Of a stretch of 64,000 bases of DNA, positions 37,712-47,916 are shown in pieces. Numbering within the stretch: the first letter of the stretch is position 1; every line of letters starts with the position of its first letter. The notes beneath the pieces were generated by a model. The model was not told where the DNA came from. It made no database searches and saw only the letters and a list, made by a program, of their open reading frames with translations. Both the position numbers and the translations under genes were made by a program. This stretch comes from an uncultured delta proteobacterium (lineage in GTDB: Bacteria; Desulfobacterota; RBG-13-43-22): positions 1-64,000 of the forward strand of contig CAVQFQ010000008.1 of assembly GCA_963711835.1 (NCBI GenBank), given 5' to 3'.

Positions 37712-39427
37712 CTAAATTGTATTCGATTTCGCTTTGTCAAGCAATTCTTTGGCCAAAGAAAAGGTCTTTCCCGAGGTTTGATCGCCCCCCAGCATACGAG
37801 CCAGTTCTTTGACCCGGGCTTCTCCCTGCAGAGGATGGATTTCGGTCAGGGTCCTCTTCTGGACCGTTTTCTTGGCCACCTGGTAGTGGGTTTCCGCGAA
37901 GGCGGCGATCTGAGGAAGATGGGTGATGCAAAGGATCTGATGAAAGCGAGCTAGTTTTTTCAACTTCTTTCCCACGGCCTCACCCAGGCTGCCGCCGATC
38001 CCTGAATCCACTTCGTCAAAAATCAGGGTTTCCACCGAACCTTGCTGGGAAAGCAGCCCTTTCAAGACCAGCAGGATCCTGGAAAGTTCACCGCCCGAGG
38101 CGATCCGGGCCATAGGCCGCAGTCCTTCCCCGGGATTGGGGGCAATATAAAACTCACCCTGCTCCAGTCCTTCGGGAGTCAGTCTCCGGCCATCCTGATC
38201 AAAAGGCCCCGGGGTCTTCCCCTCCGTTGGAGGAAGGGTAAAAACCACTTCAAAGCGGCACCCGGCCAGGCCCAATTCCTTCAGTTCCTCTTCAACCCCC
38301 TTGGCCAGTCTTCGGGCCGCCTTTTTACGCTGCTCGGACAGCTCCAGGGAAATTTCAACCAATCCCCGGCGTTCCTTTTCGATGGACTGCTCCAAGGCGA
38401 TTTTTTGCTGAATCGTGTCTTCGCCTTGCTGAAGATTCTGTTCTATTTCTTTCAGACAGCTCAACACGTCCGCGGTTGTGGGGCCGTATTTGGCAATCAG
38501 CCTCTGGAGGATAAGCAGCCTTTCTTCAAGCCGTTCCAGTTCCTGGGGATCAAAGGTGATCTGCTGAAGATAATCCCGCAATCCCAGATCCAGCTCTCTC
38601 AGGTGAAGCTCGGCCTGCTCCAATTCCTGCATTTGGGCGTTTAAAGCGGGATCAATCCGGCCGGCCGACTTGATCAATTCCTTGGACCGGGAGAGGGTCA
38701 TCAAGCAGGAATGCTCTTCTTCGGATAGAACCTGCTGGGCCTGATGAATTTTCTCCCAGATCCTCTCGGCCTGCTGCAGGATCTTTTTCCGCTGTAATAA
38801 TTCCTGGTCTTCTCCGGGATGCAGGCCGGCCTGACGAATTTCCTGGGCTTGAAATGTCCAGAGGTCCGTTTGGGCTTTTCGTTTTTGCTCCGTATCCAGA
38901 AGCAGGGCCAAGGATTTTACCAGGCCTTCCAGGGCCTGAAAGCGTTGGGCCGTTTCTTCCCGAAGGGGATGCAACCCCCCGAAGAGATCGAGAAGCAACA
39001 AATGATGGCCCGGATCCAGCAGGGCCTGGTGTTCATGCTGGTTGGAAATACTGAGCAGGGTTCGCCCCAGGCGCCCCAGAACGGTTTGACTGACCAGGCT
39101 CCCGTTGATCCAGGCCCGGCTCTTCCCGGCCGGTTGAATCAGACGTCGTATCAGGATCTGATCATCGGCGGGCAGGCCTAAAGACTGAAAAAACGGCTGC
39201 AGGGGATGGTCGGCCGGGATGGTAAAAAGGGCCTCCAAGGAAGCCTCGGCAGCTCCCTGGCGGATGGAATCAGGAGAAGGCTTTTCTCCCAGCAGGAGAT
39301 TGACGGCCTTGATGATGATGGACTTTCCCGCCCCTGTTTCCCCGGAAAGGATATTTAACCCTTTGGAGAAGGAAAGGGTCAGGTGGTCAATAAGGGCCAG
39401 GTTGGAGATTTGGAGCTGGTCTAACAC
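37712..39427 (-). CDS. recN: DNA repair protein RecN
   Basis: SGETGAGKS, ASGGELSR, FDEVDSGIGG, ITHLPQIAA. Confidence 0.95.
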   Translation of the reverse strand: MLDQLQISNLALIDHLTLSFSKGLNILSGETGAGKSIIIKAVNLLLGEKPSPDSIRQGAAEASLEALFTIPADHPLQPFFQSLGLPADDQILIRRLIQPAGKSRAWINGSLVSQTVLGRLGRTLLSISNQHEHQALLDPGHHLLLLDLFGGLHPLREETAQRFQALEGLVKSLALLLDTEQKRKAQTDLWTFQAQEIRQAGLHPGEDQELLQRKKILQQAERIWEKIHQAQQVLSEEEHSCLMTLSRSKELIKSAGRIDPALNAQMQELEQAELHLRELDLGLRDYLQQITFDPQELERLEERLLILQRLIAKYGPTTADVLSCLKEIEQNLQQGEDTIQQKIALEQSIEKERRGLVEISLELSEQRKKAARRLAKGVEEELKELGLAGCRFEVVFTLPPTEGKTPGPFDQDGRRLTPEGLEQGEFYIAPNPGEGLRPMARIASGGELSRILLVLKGLLSQQGSVETLIFDEVDSGIGGSLGEAVGKKLKKLARFHQILCITHLPQIAAFAETHYQVAKKTVQKRTLTEIHPLQGEARVKELARMLGGDQTSGKTFSLAKELLDKAKSNTI

Positions 39428-39510
39428 CGATGGGTCTCCCGCCTACTACTCCGAACGCTTTCGAAGACAACTCGCTACGCATGATCCCTTCAAAAAATGA
39501 AGGGAAAGTC

Positions 39511-39553
39511 AAAAAAAAGGCCCTCTCATTCTTTCGGATTAAAAGAGGGCCTT
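39511..39553 (-). terminator. Intrinsic terminator of the cold-shock gene
   Basis: aaggccctct...agagggcc followed by T8 on the minus strand. Confidence 0.75.
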
Positions 39554-39576
39554 CATTGTTCCGGAGGTTTTGAAAT

Positions 39577-39780
39577 TTATGCCTTCATGACATTGGTGGC
39601 TTGGGGACCTTTGGCACCTTCCTTTACTTCAAACTCAACATCCTGCCCTTGCTTGAGAGTCTTAAACCCTTCCCCCTGGATGGCCGAATAATGAACGAAG
39701 ACATCGGCACCACCCTCCTGTTCAATAAATCCGAAACCCTTGGCATCATTGAACCACTTCACCTTCCCTTTACTCATCAT
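39577..39780 (-). CDS. Cold-shock protein
   Basis: [28 protein letters not shown]. Confidence 0.95.
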   Translation of the reverse strand: MMSKGKVKWFNDAKGFGFIEQEGGADVFVHYSAIQGEGFKTLKQGQDVEFEVKEGAKGPQATNVMKA

Positions 39781-40033
39781 CCCTACTCCTCCTTAAAAAT
39801 GAAAAACATTACGGATCCAGGACCCGTCAATCCAGGCAGAATAAAAAAAAGCAAAAAAGTATGTCCTCACTTTTTTGCCTTTTTAAGTTGGTTTCTTAAC
39901 TTCATGGGGGTTCCCAATGTCTTTCAAGGGTGTCCATACCATATTTTTTTTAGCCTTGTCAAGGCTTTTTCTTTCTCTTACCTAAAAACATTTCAACCAC
40001 CCCAAAACGCATCTGAGCCATAACACCCTTGGC

Positions 40034-41197
40034 TTACATCTGGATCCACCCCCCCATGGTGACGACGAAGCTGGAAAGATTTTGGGGCAGATAGGGGTTC
40101 AGGATTTCGGCCCGGCGGCTAAATTGAAAGCCGCCGCTGCGGGACAGATCCCCTTGGCTGACGATGGAGCCCAGCACCTGGCCGGAGCCTCTTTGGATAA
40201 GAGAACCGTTCGTCCAAAAAACACCGCAGAGCTCTTGGAACTGGTTTAAAATGATGTCCCGCCCGGCTATGAAAGCCGCAGTTACCCGTTGGACCTGGTC
40301 CGGAGAGGAAGACCCGTTTAAGATGATCGTACCCGTGGCCACTACGGTCAGGCCTCTCAAATCAACCCCCTGGAGGGTAACATCCCCGTCTATGAAAATG
40401 AGCCTCCCGCCCTGATCTCCTGATAAGCTCAGTTGCTGCGGGCCTGTTAAATAACCCTGGCCCGGCCTCTGGGACAGGGAACGCCATTCCTGAAAATCCC
40501 TTTCCAAAATTCGGGGCACGGCCACCTCGGCCTGATAATCGGTCCGGTTCGGATCAGAAGATTGGCTGAGGCTGTAATTCCAGGCCTTCAAATCGTCGAT
40601 GACCGAAGCCGGTTCGATTCTATAACCCCGATTGGCATGCAGGTTACTCCGGATATCGCCCCCGCCACTGAGCCGAAACTCACCGGCCGTAACGATCCCC
40701 TGTTTAAAAATGGAAGGGACATCTAAGGAACCTGCCGGGTCATTGCCGTAAAGGGTGGCCCGAATATGGGTCAGGGCCTGGTGAATGGGTTCCTTTCCGC
40801 AAAGCAGTATTTCGGCATAGGCCGGAAAAGGCTGGGGATCGTAGCGAAGGGCTTTGATCCAAAATTTATGCCGCCCCACATTGGCTGCAGCCGGTTCGGC
40901 ATCAGGTAAATTCATTTCAGCCGCCGACTTTTTCCATAAAAAGAGCCGGGGATCTGAGCGATAAGCAGACAGCAATTGCTGCAGGCCGGCTTCGGCGCTG
41001 TAGAAGGCCTTTAGACTTTGACGGTAATTGCTGCCGATCTGCAGCTCCGTGGTCGAGGTGATAAAGGCCGTGGTGCCCAGGAGGGTAATGACCAGCATGG
41101 TCAGTAACACCCCCACCAGGGCCGCCCCCCTTGATTCGGCCGCCGGGGCGGTTCTCAACCTGTTGCCCACCCTCCTCTGGTTGAAGGCGCTCGGCAT
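40034..41197 (-). CDS. PilX-like minor pilin
   Basis: RGAALVGVLL...AFYSAEAG; RBS AGGAGG before 41197. Confidence 0.8.
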   Translation of the reverse strand: MPSAFNQRRVGNRLRTAPAAESRGAALVGVLLTMLVITLLGTTAFITSTTELQIGSNYRQSLKAFYSAEAGLQQLLSAYRSDPRLFLWKKSAAEMNLPDAEPAAANVGRHKFWIKALRYDPQPFPAYAEILLCGKEPIHQALTHIRATLYGNDPAGSLDVPSIFKQGIVTAGEFRLSGGGDIRSNLHANRGYRIEPASVIDDLKAWNYSLSQSSDPNRTDYQAEVAVPRILERDFQEWRSLSQRPGQGYLTGPQQLSLSGDQGGRLIFIDGDVTLQGVDLRGLTVVATGTIILNGSSSPDQVQRVTAAFIAGRDIILNQFQELCGVFWTNGSLIQRGSGQVLGSIVSQGDLSRSGGFQFSRRAEILNPYLPQNLSSFVVTMGGWIQM

Positions 41198-41220
41198 ATT
41201 TTTACCTCCTTTCGGTCTGC

Positions 41221-42105
41221 TCAATTTCTTTTGAAGACCTGGGTCGTCAGCGTTATGGGAAGCGGATTCCCTCCATCACCACCCGGACGTGATTCGGCCG
41301 GCCAGGCCGTCAGCCAAAGGGAAAAACGCTCCGGGGTCTGGGCCGTTACTTTCATATCCATTACCCATTCGGCCAGCGGTTCAAAACCGCAGGCATTGAC
41401 CTTCCGTTTTATTACCGGCCGCCCCGGATCATGATACCTACCCTCCGGATCGTTGCTCTCATTAAAAACGGCGTAATGGACCAGACTGATTTCACCGACT
41501 TCCGTCCCCAGGGGATAGTCTTTTTTCAGGCCCTGGTTGCCGGCCTGGATGGGGTCGCTGTCAATGATCAGGGTGCGACCCCGGATCTCTTTTATCTGGA
41601 CATATTCGGCGGGTTTTCCGAGATAGAGGATATCCCAGGGATTAAATTGATCGGCCACCTCCGAGCTCCCCAATGATAATTCGATCCGGGTATCTCCTGT
41701 CCTGGCCCCGGCAGCCAGTTGGCTTGGGTTGGTTTCTCCGGAAAGAACGGTTATCAGGGAAAGGATATCGGGCTGAGATCCGCCGGGGGTAATAGTAACG
41801 ACCCCGCTCAGGGCCACCGACAGGGGAACCCTGGGTATAAAAGCATTCGGGACCCAGTGCCCTAAGTCGGCCAGGAAGGCCGGTGACAGGCCGGGGTAGC
41901 CGGCTCCGCGCAGGTCGCGAACCATGAGTTCCATAGAAGCCCGGAGTCCCTGTTGGCTGTTGACCTTCCTCTCCTGGTTTTTATAGCCCCGGGCCTGGCA
42001 AAGAAACAGGTCACCCAAAAGGCCTAACACCAAAAGCCCCAGGGATAAGGCCACGATCATTTCGATTACGGTAAATCCCCTGTTTTTCTTCCTCTTTTTT
42101 TCCAT
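41221..42105 (-). CDS. PilW-like minor pilin
   Basis: RGFTVIEMIVAL; ELMVRDLRGAGY. Confidence 0.82.
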   Translation of the reverse strand: MEKKRKKNRGFTVIEMIVALSLGLLVLGLLGDLFLCQARGYKNQERKVNSQQGLRASMELMVRDLRGAGYPGLSPAFLADLGHWVPNAFIPRVPLSVALSGVVTITPGGSQPDILSLITVLSGETNPSQLAAGARTGDTRIELSLGSSEVADQFNPWDILYLGKPAEYVQIKEIRGRTLIIDSDPIQAGNQGLKKDYPLGTEVGEISLVHYAVFNESNDPEGRYHDPGRPVIKRKVNACGFEPLAEWVMDMKVTAQTPERFSLWLTAWPAESRPGGDGGNPLPITLTTQVFKRN

Positions 42106-42179
42106 GGCTTTTCTCTTTCTGGTTTGGGCAGATGCACCCATCTTTAATCTGGGAATTTATCTCTAACATTCAATGCAAG

Positions 42180-42394
42180 GGTCATAGGGGGTCTTGTTTC
42201 AGGGGTTGTCCACCCCAAGGCCATAAGCTTGTTTGCCGGGCCAAATTCGGGATCTAATTCGGAGGCAGGCCTACACCTTTGTCCGAAACAGGCTGAGTGT
42301 AAATCCTGCCTCGAATCAAACTTAGCCGTCCTGGCCGGATTAGAAACTCATAATTACCCTTTGGACAACCCATAAAACAAGACCCCCTATGACC
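42180..42394 (+). mobile_element. Diverged member of the nested-palindrome family
   Basis: ggtcatagggggtcttgttt...ggttgtcca / tggacaacc...aaacaagaccccctatgacc inverted repeat; shares gaaacaggc, aacttag and attaccct motifs. Confidence 0.65.
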
Positions 42395-42426
42395 AACCCA
42401 AAATTTCAAATAGCTTTGCTTAGGAT

Positions 42427-42897
42427 CTATTCCACCTTAACTCTGCCCTGTGAGGAGAGGGTGATCACTTTCTGCAGCCCGGTATGACGCAGGACCAGGG
42501 TTGTACCCAGGGCCGTGCCCCGAGGGCTGAAAACCGGGTCACGGCTGCTGCTGACCAGGTCTACCCGGGGTTGATAATAGAGACCGGCTGGATTGTTGAA
42601 CTGCCGGGCAAGTCCTTCCGGCTGCCCCGGCCAGCGAGAGGATTCCGTTTCGGAGGCCCTCTCGATGACATAGCCTTCCTGGTCCGGAAAAAATTGAATC
42701 CGATAATAACAATTCCGGCCGATGGCTTTCATCCGTGCGGATCGCAAATCCGAAACCAAGGTTTGAACCGCCCCTTCCAGCCGCAGCCGGGGGATAACCT
42801 GGTTAAACCCATACCCGCTTATGGCCAGAAGGAGCCCGAGTATAAATAGTGCCGTTACTAATTCCAGGATGGTAAATCCGGTCTGTTTATTGATCAT
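42427..42897 (-). CDS. FimT/GspH-like minor pilin
   Basis: GFTILELV, LRSARMKAI, FSPRG, GRVKV. Confidence 0.85.
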   Translation of the reverse strand: MINKQTGFTILELVTALFILGLLLAISGYGFNQVIPRLRLEGAVQTLVSDLRSARMKAIGRNCYYRIQFFPDQEGYVIERASETESSRWPGQPEGLARQFNNPAGLYYQPRVDLVSSSRDPVFSPRGTALGTTLVLRHTGLQKVITLSSQGRVKVE

Positions 42898-42909
42898 GGC
42901 TTTACCTCA

Positions 42910-43275
42910 GTCCAACGCTCCTGAAAACCATAAAATTTTGGTAACGTTCAAAAGTTATAGCACTGGCGTAATATTGCCTGATTTGGGGACCGGGGGTCTC
43001 GATTTCAAGGTTGTCCGAAAGGGTATCCGTAGCCCCAACCCGGCCCGAATTTATAAGTTTGTTGGGAGCCGGGCATTCATCCCGCCGAGGCGGGACTTTG
43101 GTGTTGGCCTGTTTCTAAACCCACCTATAAACTTCCTGCCCGGGTTCAAGCTGCCGGCGTTTTGGCGGACAATCCTTGAAATCGAGACCCCCGGTCCCTT
43201 TCCATCGGGTATCAGAAATATAAGGCCCAAACTTTTGAACGATACCAAAATTTTGGGCCGGATCGGGACGTTGAG
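42910..43275 (-). mobile_element. Nested-palindrome element: same core, different outer inverted repeats
   Basis: Core 42986-43198 matches 27.16-27.38 kb; shell aaaattttggtaacgttcaaaagtt / aacttttgaacgataccaaaatttt. Confidence 0.75.
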
Positions 43276-43400
43276 TAACCTTTTGGACCATCTTTGAAAA
43301 GAGACCCCCAGACGCCCAAATCGAGACAAATGGAATTTTTCAGGAAACTTTAAGGACGAAACAGGGATGGAGGCCTGGAGGTTGGTCCGGGCCGGGAAAA

Positions 43401-44171
43401 TCAGCCTAAATACCAGGTCAGGAGGGTTTGTCCAAAAAAAAGATGGATAAGGGACCCTAAAGAAAGAAAGGGACCGAAGGGGATGGCAAAGGTGCGACTT
43501 TTTTTCCAAATCACCATCAGGAGAAGACCGACGATCGTCCCTGTTAGAGAACCGACCAAAACGGAGACTAAAACCCCGCTCCAGCCCTGGAAGGCTCCGA
43601 TCATGGCCAATAATTTGATGTCCCCTCCTCCCAGGCCTTCTTTGCGGGTCAGCAATTCGTAGCCCAGGGCCAGTAGATACAAAAACCCTCCTCCGGCCAA
43701 AAGACCTATCAGGGAAGCCTTCCAGCCCGGGTTTCCCGAGACCCAGGAGAGAATGAAACCGATCACCAGACCGGGGTAAGTAATCTCGTCGGGAATAATT
43801 TGATGATCCAGATCGATAAAGGAAACCGCCGTTAAGGAACAAACCAGGATCAAACCCTGCAGCAAGGCCCAGGAAAAACCGGATTGCCAGCCGACCAGGA
43901 CCATCAGCAAGGGAGTCAGCAGTTCGATCAGGGGATAGCGCCGGGATATGGGGAAATGACAATAGCGACATGTCCCCCTTAAAAGCAAAAAGCTTACCAA
44001 CGGCAGATTATCTAAGACCGACAGAGGATGGTTGCAGTGGGGGCAATGGGATCCGGGCCAAACTATCGATTCATTCCGGGGGATCCGGTAAATGCAGACA
44101 TTTAAAAAGCTCCCGAAAATCAACCCCAGAATAACCAGGGCCGGATAAAAAAGCCAGTCTAACCCGTCCAT
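43401..44171 (-). CDS. pilD: Prepilin peptidase
   Basis: GSFLNVCIYRIP, CPHC...CRYC, GGGDIKL, IPFGPFL. Confidence 0.95.
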   Translation of the reverse strand: MDGLDWLFYPALVILGLIFGSFLNVCIYRIPRNESIVWPGSHCPHCNHPLSVLDNLPLVSFLLLRGTCRYCHFPISRRYPLIELLTPLLMVLVGWQSGFSWALLQGLILVCSLTAVSFIDLDHQIIPDEITYPGLVIGFILSWVSGNPGWKASLIGLLAGGGFLYLLALGYELLTRKEGLGGGDIKLLAMIGAFQGWSGVLVSVLVGSLTGTIVGLLLMVIWKKSRTFAIPFGPFLSLGSLIHLFFGQTLLTWYLG

Positions 44172-44220
44172 TAGCTTCTCCAAAAAGGTTTTGCCTTCTC
44201 TATAGGGCCTGTCCAAGTAT

Positions 44221-44248
44221 TTGACAAGGATTTTTTCTCCTTTATAAT
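44221..44248 (+). promoter_or_regulatory. Putative sigma-70 promoter
   Basis: TTGACA-16 nt-TATAAT. Confidence 0.6.
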
Positions 44249-44387
44249 AAAAAGATCCGGAAGGCGGCCGGCACTGTTCTTTTATCGGCGGCTGGGAAGG
44301 GATCGGCAGCCATAACGGCTTTTTTAAAACGACCCGAGCTGTAAAGCGGGTTGTCATAACCGTCTTAATGTTTACAGCGGGAAAGGA

Positions 44388-45002
44388 GTGACTATGGTCC
44401 TGCGCATCAATCCACAGAACCCCCAGAAACGTTTAATTGATAAGGTGGCCGGGATTCTAAGGGAGGGCGGGGTGATGGCCTACCCTACGGATACCATCTA
44501 TGGATTCGGCTGTGATATATTCAGCAAAAAGGCCATTCAACGGATCTATCAGATAAAAAAAAGAAACCGCCAGAAACCTTTCAGCTTTATCTGTTCGGAT
44601 TTGAAAAACATCAGTCAATATGCCCAGGTCACTAATGCCGCTTATAAAATTATGAAACGGTGTTTGCCCGGTCCCTACACTTTCATTTTGCCGGGTAGTA
44701 AGCTGGTCCCCAAAATCATGTTGACCAAACGTAAAACGGTCGGTATCCGGGTGCCTAATAATAACATTTCCCTGGCTATTGTGAAGAGTTTGGACCATCC
44801 GATCATCAGCACCAGCGTGGGTCTGTCGGGAGGAGAAATTTTGACTGATCCGCTTCAGATCGAAGAACGTTTCGGTTCCCAGATCGACCTGACGATTGAC
44901 GGGGGGATTCTGGCCAACCAACCCTCCAGTATTATCTCCCTGCTCGACGACCAGGTCGAAATCATACGGGAAGGCCTGGGGGATACCCATCAATTCTTAT
45001 AA
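44388..45002 (+). CDS. Sua5/YrdC/YciO-family protein
   Basis: YPTDTIYGFGC, LPGPYTFIL, VGIRVP. Confidence 0.92.
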   Translation: MTMVLRINPQNPQKRLIDKVAGILREGGVMAYPTDTIYGFGCDIFSKKAIQRIYQIKKRNRQKPFSFICSDLKNISQYAQVTNAAYKIMKRCLPGPYTFILPGSKLVPKIMLTKRKTVGIRVPNNNISLAIVKSLDHPIISTSVGLSGGEILTDPLQIEERFGSQIDLTIDGGILANQPSSIISLLDDQVEIIREGLGDTHQFL

Positions 45003-45895
45003 AGATAAGGTGGGACCAGTAAAAGGTGGGGAGAAGACCAGGGTTCCTGGAGGGTTTGCTTAACCTCTCCGGCCAGCTCACTGAAGAGAAACTCCCAAAT
45101 GGAAAATTTCTTTTTTTCGGCCTGTACCAGCTTCACCTCGCCGCTGAGTCCGACCATTTTTTTAACCAGGTCCACCGCGTCTTCAAAACTGCCCAGCTCA
45201 TCGACCAAACCCAAGGTCTTGGCCTGCTCTCCGGAGAAAATCCGCCCGTCGGCGATCTGGGCTACCTGGTCTTTCGGCAACCGCCTCCCCTGAGCAACGG
45301 CTTCGATAAATTGCCGGTGAACGTTTTTAATGACCCCCTCCAGAAGCTGCCGTTCCTCCGGTTTCATGTCCCGGAGCGGAGACCCGATGTCTTTAAAAGA
45401 ACCGCTTTTAACCACTTCCATGCCGACCCCGATTTTATGGAGCAATTCTTTAAGATTGGAGAATTGCATAATGACGCCGATACTGCCGGTCAGGGTACCC
45501 GGGTTGGCCACGATTTTATCGGCCGCGGCGGCGATATAGTAGCCGCCCGAAGCTGCAATATTGCCCATGGAAACGACTATCTTTTTCTTGGGAAGGGTCC
45601 GGAGGATTTCCCGGTGGATCTCCTGAGAAGCCGCGGTGCTTCCGCCCGGAGAATCGATCCGGATGATAAGGGCCTTGACCCTTTCATCCTTTCGAAATTT
45701 CTTGATCTGCTCAACCGGCCCTTTGGAGTCCAAAATAACACCCCGGATAAGCACCACCCCGATCCGGCTGCCGCTCCGCAAGGGTGAATCTTCTCTTAGA
45801 AAGACGGCAAACAGGAACAGGAGGAAGGCAAATCCTAAAACCACCAGGCTTGAGACCGCCAGGCCAAAAATGATGGGATGTTTTCTTTCTGCCAC
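44990..45895 (-). CDS. sppA: Signal peptide peptidase SppA
   Basis: DSPGG, AASGGYY, TGSIGV, ADGRIFSG. Confidence 0.93.
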   Translation of the reverse strand: MAERKHPIIFGLAVSSLVVLGFAFLLFLFAVFLREDSPLRSGSRIGVVLIRGVILDSKGPVEQIKKFRKDERVKALIIRIDSPGGSTAASQEIHREILRTLPKKKIVVSMGNIAASGGYYIAAAADKIVANPGTLTGSIGVIMQFSNLKELLHKIGVGMEVVKSGSFKDIGSPLRDMKPEERQLLEGVIKNVHRQFIEAVAQGRRLPKDQVAQIADGRIFSGEQAKTLGLVDELGSFEDAVDLVKKMVGLSGEVKLVQAEKKKFSIWEFLFSELAGEVKQTLQEPWSSPHLLLVPPYLYKN

Positions 45896-45923
45896 GTTGA
45901 AACCCCAAATAAAAGGTCAGGAT

Positions 45924-47702
45924 TTAATTGTCGCCCGAATCCAGGGAAGTTTTGTTTTTATTTTCCATCTCCTCCCGGAGCAGGTCCCCTAAATTCGAAC
46001 TCGCCTCCTTGGGGCTGTTGAGGTACTCTTTGAGGTAGGAGTGTTCTTCGTCTTTTTTGGCCCGCCGTATGGAAAGGCCGATGCGTCGTTCCTTTTTCTG
46101 GATATTGATGACTTTGGCTGTAATCCCGTCCCCCACTTTAAACATCCCCACCGGGGTTTTTATTTTCTCCTTGCTGACCTCGGAGACATGAACCAGCCCT
46201 TCGATCCCTTCTTCCAATTCCACGAAGATGCCGAAATCGGTTACATTGGTAATAACGCCCTGAACCAGGCTTCCGGAAGGATACTTCTTAGGGATTTCAT
46301 CCCAGGGATCCGGTTCGAGTTGTTTGATTCCCAGGGAAAACCGTTCCTGGTCCTTGTCGATATGCAGGACCTTAGCCTGGACTTCCTGGCTTTTTTTAAA
46401 CAGTTCCGATGGATGCTTAATGCGCTTGGTCCAGGAGATATCCGAAATGTGGACCAAGCCGTCGATGCCCTCGTCAATCCCGATAAAAATTCCAAAATCG
46501 GTGATATTTTTTATCTTGCCTTCGATGACCGTACCGACCGGATATTTTTCAGCAATCACATCCCAGGGATTAGGCTCCACCTGTTTCAGACCTAAGGAGA
46601 TTCGTTTCTTGTCCGTATCCATGGCCAGGACTATGGCTTCCAGCGTATCCCCGATTGAGACCAGTTTGGAAGGGTGGCGGACCTTCTGGGTCCAGGACAT
46701 CTCGGAGACATGAATCAGACCTTCCACGCCGGTTTCCAATTCTACAAAGGCCCCGTAGTCGGTCAGATTGACCACTCGGCCCTGCACCCGGGATCCGATG
46801 GGATATTTTTGAGCCACCATACTCCAGGGATCGGAGATCAGTTGTTTTAATCCTAAGGAAACCCGCTGCCTTTCCCGGTCAAAACTCAGGACCTTTAGTC
46901 GAATGGGTTCTCCCACCCGGCACAAATCCGAGGGATGGGCAGCCCGGCCCCAACTCATATCGGTGACGTGGAGTAAGCCGTCGATGCCTCCCAAATCAAC
47001 GAAGACACCGTAATCGGTAATGTTTTTAACAAGGCCCTCGACTTCCTGGTCTTTTTCCAGGGTGTTTAAAACCAGGCTGCGTTTTTCTTCCCGTTCCTTT
47101 TCAAGAATACTCCGGCGGGAAAGGACGACGTTGCTTCTCTTTTTATTATACTTCAGGATTTTATAAGGCAAGGTAGTCCCGATCAGACTGTCCATATCCC
47201 GCAGGGGCTGCAGGTCGACCTGGGAGCCGGGCAGGAAGGCCGGGATACCGATGTCCACCGAAAGGCCTCCCTTTACCTTCCCGATAACTTTCCCTTCGAT
47301 GACGCCGTCTTCACGATAAATACGGCTGATCTCTTCCCAAACCAAAATTTTGGCCGCCTTCTCTTTGGAGAGGAGGATATCCCCATCCTCGTCTTCCCTT
47401 TTCTCGATCAGGACATCTATCGTCTCCCCGATGAGGGCCGTAATCTCGCCGCTGCCGGAAAATTCTTGCAGGGGGATCCGCCCCTCGGATTTGTAGCCGA
47501 TATCGACCATGACAAAATCTTTGTCGATACTGACAATCCTTCCCCGAATGACCTCACCCTCCTGGAAAGTCTTGAGGCTTTCTTCGTATAATTCCTTAAA
47601 CCCTTCTTCCCCCTGTATGGCCGGAGGCGCCTCTGGGGCCGCCGCTTCCCCGGCAGCCATTTCGTTTACCTGATTACCCATTTCCTCGTTGCTTTTTTCC
47701 AT
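45924..47702 (-). CDS. rpsA: 30S ribosomal protein S1
   Basis: Six S1 domains (DIGYKSEG, DGLLHVTDMSW, EGLIHVSEMSW). Confidence 0.97.
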   Translation of the reverse strand: MEKSNEEMGNQVNEMAAGEAAAPEAPPAIQGEEGFKELYEESLKTFQEGEVIRGRIVSIDKDFVMVDIGYKSEGRIPLQEFSGSGEITALIGETIDVLIEKREDEDGDILLSKEKAAKILVWEEISRIYREDGVIEGKVIGKVKGGLSVDIGIPAFLPGSQVDLQPLRDMDSLIGTTLPYKILKYNKKRSNVVLSRRSILEKEREEKRSLVLNTLEKDQEVEGLVKNITDYGVFVDLGGIDGLLHVTDMSWGRAAHPSDLCRVGEPIRLKVLSFDRERQRVSLGLKQLISDPWSMVAQKYPIGSRVQGRVVNLTDYGAFVELETGVEGLIHVSEMSWTQKVRHPSKLVSIGDTLEAIVLAMDTDKKRISLGLKQVEPNPWDVIAEKYPVGTVIEGKIKNITDFGIFIGIDEGIDGLVHISDISWTKRIKHPSELFKKSQEVQAKVLHIDKDQERFSLGIKQLEPDPWDEIPKKYPSGSLVQGVITNVTDFGIFVELEEGIEGLVHVSEVSKEKIKTPVGMFKVGDGITAKVINIQKKERRIGLSIRRAKKDEEHSYLKEYLNSPKEASSNLGDLLREEMENKNKTSLDSGDN

Positions 47703-47916
47703 TAAATTATTGTCCCCCTGAACCGCCGTTTTTTTCTCCCCAAGGCTCGGAGAGGCCGGACCAGGCCCACCCGCTCTCCGGGTTTTTCTGAATAAATGGT
47801 GCTCCCCAACCTATGGAATTTTAATAAATTGTTGAAGATTATCAGCAAATTTATAAAAAATCAAGTCTTATTCTTATCTCTTCTGCGGCAGACTTCATTG
47901 GCGGTGATCGAGTATT

